DNA of 64,000 nucleotides. Source: Octopus bimaculoides. Taxonomy: Eukaryota. Of this stretch, positions 59,917 through 64,000 are shown piece by piece. The notes under the pieces are model-generated. The model was not told the DNA's origin. It searched no databases and saw only the letters and a program-made list of their open reading frames with translations. Both the position numbers and the translations under genes were made by a program. The stretch is from assembly GCF_001194135.2 (NCBI RefSeq), contig NC_068982.1:104660991-104724990 (forward strand). Direction: 5' to 3'. Positions within the stretch are counted from its first letter, which is position 1. Each line of letters starts with the position of its first letter.

Positions 59917-62699
59917 AGAAATCAAACCAAAATAGACTATGGAACCTGGTGTGACCCCTAGCCTTGCCAGTTCCTGTCAAGCCATCCAACCCATGCCAGC
60001 ATGGAAAACAGGCATTAAATGATGATGATGATGATGCTGAAGTAATCGTTTTTGAAGAGAAATCAAAATGAACAATGATGTGACGGGTTGTTCAATATCT
60101 TCTGTACTATCAAAATCCTTCTTTGGATTACTGTTATTTATTGTTAAAAAATGTTTTCTTGACCTGATTCATGTAAAATATTGGAATTATTGTTTTATAA
60201 ATTATGAAAAAGTGTAATTTACAAAATTATATTGAGTTTAACTGCTTTTTAAAATGTAACAGACTTGCAAAAAGAAGTATTAATATCATCATTCATCACC
60301 ATCCGTATTTCAACACCTCTATTATTGCTGTTGTTGTTGTTGTTACAGCTGCTGCTACCATTGCTGTTGTTGTTATTGTTGGGGCAGTGGATTGGTAGAA
60401 TTGTGAAAGTGTCAGAAAAAATGTCTTGTGATATTTGTTCTGTAAATTTACATCATATGTTCAAATCCCACAGAGGTCAATCTTGCCTTTCATCCCACTG
60501 AAGTTAATAAAATAAAATATCAGTGAAGTTATAAGTGTCAATGTAATCAATTAGCTCCACCCCTCAAAATTGCTGGCCTTGTGTCTAAATTAGAATTTTC
60601 TTTTAATAGCTTTTTGTCCATATCACACATTTTATTGTCTTGTTATGACCAAACTCATTAAGAGATTTATTTGTAAAGTGTCAACTTATAGCTTGTTAGA
60701 ACATCTTAATTTCAATTCAGAAAGCTGAAATATTCAATTCGTCCTTAAGCCATTTACTATTCACATTACTCTTTCAAATTTAATGCTTATTTATTCACAT
60801 TGAATTGAATTAATCATGTATTATCTTGTAACTTTGATATTTCAATGATGTGATTGTTTAGTTTTAGAATAACATAGTAGGGAAGGTGTGAGAGGCCTGA
60901 CCTGACAGGTTTGAACATACAATGGTTAGAACCTTTGGGCTGGATATGACCAGTTTAAACGCTAAAGTGTTTAACATTTTTTATCAAGTGGAAAATATTT
61001 AATGTTCTCTTGTATATTACTAATACAATGATTTATTGACTTATACTTAAGAAAACCTCCTACCTCACTTTACATTATTTCTCTGAAATATACACAACAG
61101 AAAAAAAACTGAGAAGTGTTAGTAGCATTTATTATGTATTGATAATTAGTTATAGATATGAGTAGCAGAATTGGTTATAGATCTATGGATTGCAGAATTG
61201 GTAGATCATTGACCAAAATACTATGTGGTCTTGAATTGCATCTCTTTCCCTTCTGAATTCAAATGCTGTCCAGGTTGATTTTTGCATTTTATCCTTCTAA
61301 TATTGATAAAAAAAAAAGTACCAGTCAATATCAGATCAATATAATCAATTACATTTCAGTATGGTGTCCCAGTATGTGTACAGTTGAATGATTGAAACAA
61401 GTTTAAGACTATCTGTTACCTTCTATGTCAATTTTTAAAATATCCTCTCTCATCTATATAACACTTATTATTAACTGAAGAAATAAACCCACATTATTTA
61501 CAGTTATTTATACAAGAAATTCTTGAGAAGGTCTTTGTTTTTCATCTTTCCAGAGTTGATAAAATAATGTACCAGTCAAGTACTGGGTTGATTTAATATT
61601 CCTATAAAGCATTCCTGGTGTGAATGGGATTATAATAGAAGACTAAGGCTGTAAATGGAATATTTTAATTTATTGTTTGTTCCTGAGCAATGACCATCTT
61701 AAGTTAGGTATCTCCTATATTTATTGTAATTTAACTAGAGAGAGAGGATCACTAAATCGTTTCTACTTTAAGCTGTTATCTCGGGTTATTATTTCACTTA
61801 TTTCCTTTAATTAATGACATTTCTCATTCACATAATATAAAGGCAGATTCATTAAAGTGTTTCCTTAGGTAATAATCTTGCTATGTATATGGTTGTAGCA
61901 TAATGTTATAACTTCAATCATTAAGCACAAATGATGATTTTTCTGCATATTCCCTACTATTATTGTTTAACCTCCAAGTGGAGATGATTAAATTTATTAA
62001 TTAAAAATATAATATACAAAATAAAGAGACTATTGTAATCCATTTATTTATTAATAAAAATAATCAAAAACATACACAAACTCTCTCAATTGCATACTAC
62101 TACAAACAATACTGGTACTTCCCTCTAAAAAAAAGTTAATCTAAACCTAGCAGACCTATAATGAAAGGGTTCCATCCACGACCATCCTATCTTATAATCA
62201 ACCATAGCATTTTTAGGACTATGTAAACCAACGCATCCCTATTTTGGTAATGCCATGTCTACATAGAATTTAACAAATATTTTCCTGATCACATGAAATC
62301 CTTTATATTGAGAAGTTTCAATGAACTGAAAGTTCAACTACTTTGGAACAAATACCACCTTAAATATAAACATGACCAGTATTAACTTAATTAATATGCA
62401 TAATATGCATTATTCTCAATATACAGTATCCATAGTAATGGTTTCACTCCTTGCTATAACACTATTATCTTCACATCTCCTTAAGACTTAAGGACTTTAT
62501 AACCCGAGTAGATCAAATATTTTCAAGGATACCTTCACTATAGGTTCAATTCTGTTGTTTCACATCATCATCACAGGACTTCTTATAGCAGAGGAGGTAC
62601 CACTAGGTAAATGACCAAATCACCACTTTTGTCTCATACTTGGTTGTGTCAAGTAGCTTGAGTTTAGACTTGATTTAGTTTCATGAACCAAAATTCCAA

Positions 62700-63990
62700 T
62701 CCCATTCTTTGCAAAGTTAGCAGTGTTGTTTCCAACTTGTATCACAAAGTTTGTTACTTCTGAAGTTTAACACACTATTCTTTTTATCTCCAATTTGCTG
62801 ATCATGTGGAATGGGATACAGACTGCATGGATTCTGACATCCCATCAAAATAAAAAGACTTTCGAACCTCTTCATATGAAGAGTCTTACAATAACTGAGC
62901 AATAGTTGAAGTAGAACTAACTCAAACTTTTTTTCTATGGAGGGAAAGAGAACATCTTTAAATGCCATTTTAATTGTTTAAGCAATCCATTTCACAATGG
63001 CTTTTTAAATGGCAATATTTTGTTAGGAAAGCAGCTAGGAATGCAAACAGTTTTCTGTAACAAATAATTTTCAAATGGATAGGCTTTATATGTGACCTGA
63101 GGACTTACATACATTTGGATTAGGTCTATGTTAGTAGTACTGGATTGATGCATGTTTTAATGGATTTTTTACAGGGTGGCCAGAGGTTAATTGTGTTCCT
63201 GAAGGAGGAGCTCAATCATAAAACAGGTGTTACAAGCAATTCTCTCTTGGAATGATGAACCCATGGCCTCAGTGTCAGGCTGTATCATGGAATTTCATGA
63301 TAATCTTTGTTCTTTGTCACAGAAAATTGTTTGCATTCCTGGTCCTTGATATCACATGAATAGCCACGCCACCAAACTTCAAGCAGCATAAATCAGTAAT
63401 GCCACAATAGATATCACCACAAACACGTTTTAATGATTTTCTGCCTAGATACATTTGGAGAACATTAAAACCACCATTGTGAAAAATGTTGTTAATCTAT
63501 GTTTAACATGCTTATTGGGTCTTTCAGCATTTGGACCAGTTACTTCAGACACTCCTTTGCATTCTGGAAATGATTTTGCCCAGTATCTGAAGCTAATCAA
63601 TCAAGATGCAATTAGTCAGTTCCTATCCAGTGTATGAATTTATTAACATTATCGAAACTAATGTCTTCTGTTGCAATCTAAAACATAATTGTGAGAGTAT
63701 GTTGATGTGAGGAATATTTCCTTTAACATATGTGATATGAAAATCAAATGCTATGAGCTGCATGGCCCATCTCAGTATACATCTGATGTTCATTACACTG
63801 GTTAAAGATGAATTCAAATGCTCTGATTAATATAAGTAGGTATTTTCTACCAAGTAGAAGAATGATAGGCATGGTTTGTGGGCTATACAGTTGCTAAAGC
63901 CTTTCTCTTAATACTCAAACAATTTGACTCATCAGAAGTTAACCTCCTTGATGAATATAGCATGAGGTAGTTTTCTGGCATAGAATTTTC
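62700..63990 (-). mobile_element. Decayed Ty3/Gypsy pol (RNase H end, integrase zinc finger, integrase C-terminus)
   Basis: LRWAMQLIAFDFHITYVKG..PH...LS (RNase H C-terminus), GDIYCGIT...LEVWWRGYSCDIKD (integrase H2C2 region), LLQLLLSY...H..RFES...LMG.Q (post-rve); Gypsy domain order; many stops and frameshifts. Confidence 0.85.
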
Positions 63991-64000
63991 ACTAACATCA

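Overview
AT-rich eukaryotic (metazoan) genomic DNA. The repeat families (CORE-type tRNA-SINEs and (GAT)n-tailed RTE retroposons) point to an octopus, which is an inference. The six-frame ORF track is mostly noise because the real genes are spliced. I reconstructed two convergent genes by hand. (1) A complete 8-exon EXOSC1/Csl4 exosome subunit on the minus strand (29952 to 20242, 195 aa). Its intron 6 is a minor-spliceosome (U12) intron that appears to end in a non-canonical AT (GT-AT). (2) A UIMC1/RAP80-like gene on the plus strand (at least 11612 to 19787) with an Abraxas-interacting-like segment and two C2HC/UBZ zinc fingers. No tandem UIM exon was found for it. A few orphan exon candidates suggest further, unidentified genes. 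The rest is layered mobile DNA: RTE, CR1 and HERO-like LINE fragments, a decayed Gypsy pol, hAT and mariner MITEs with intact target-site duplications, a foldback element with a head-to-head telomere-like core, and several SINE families. There are two assembly gaps (5781-6055, 46530-46539). I found no rRNA, real tRNA or CRISPR array.
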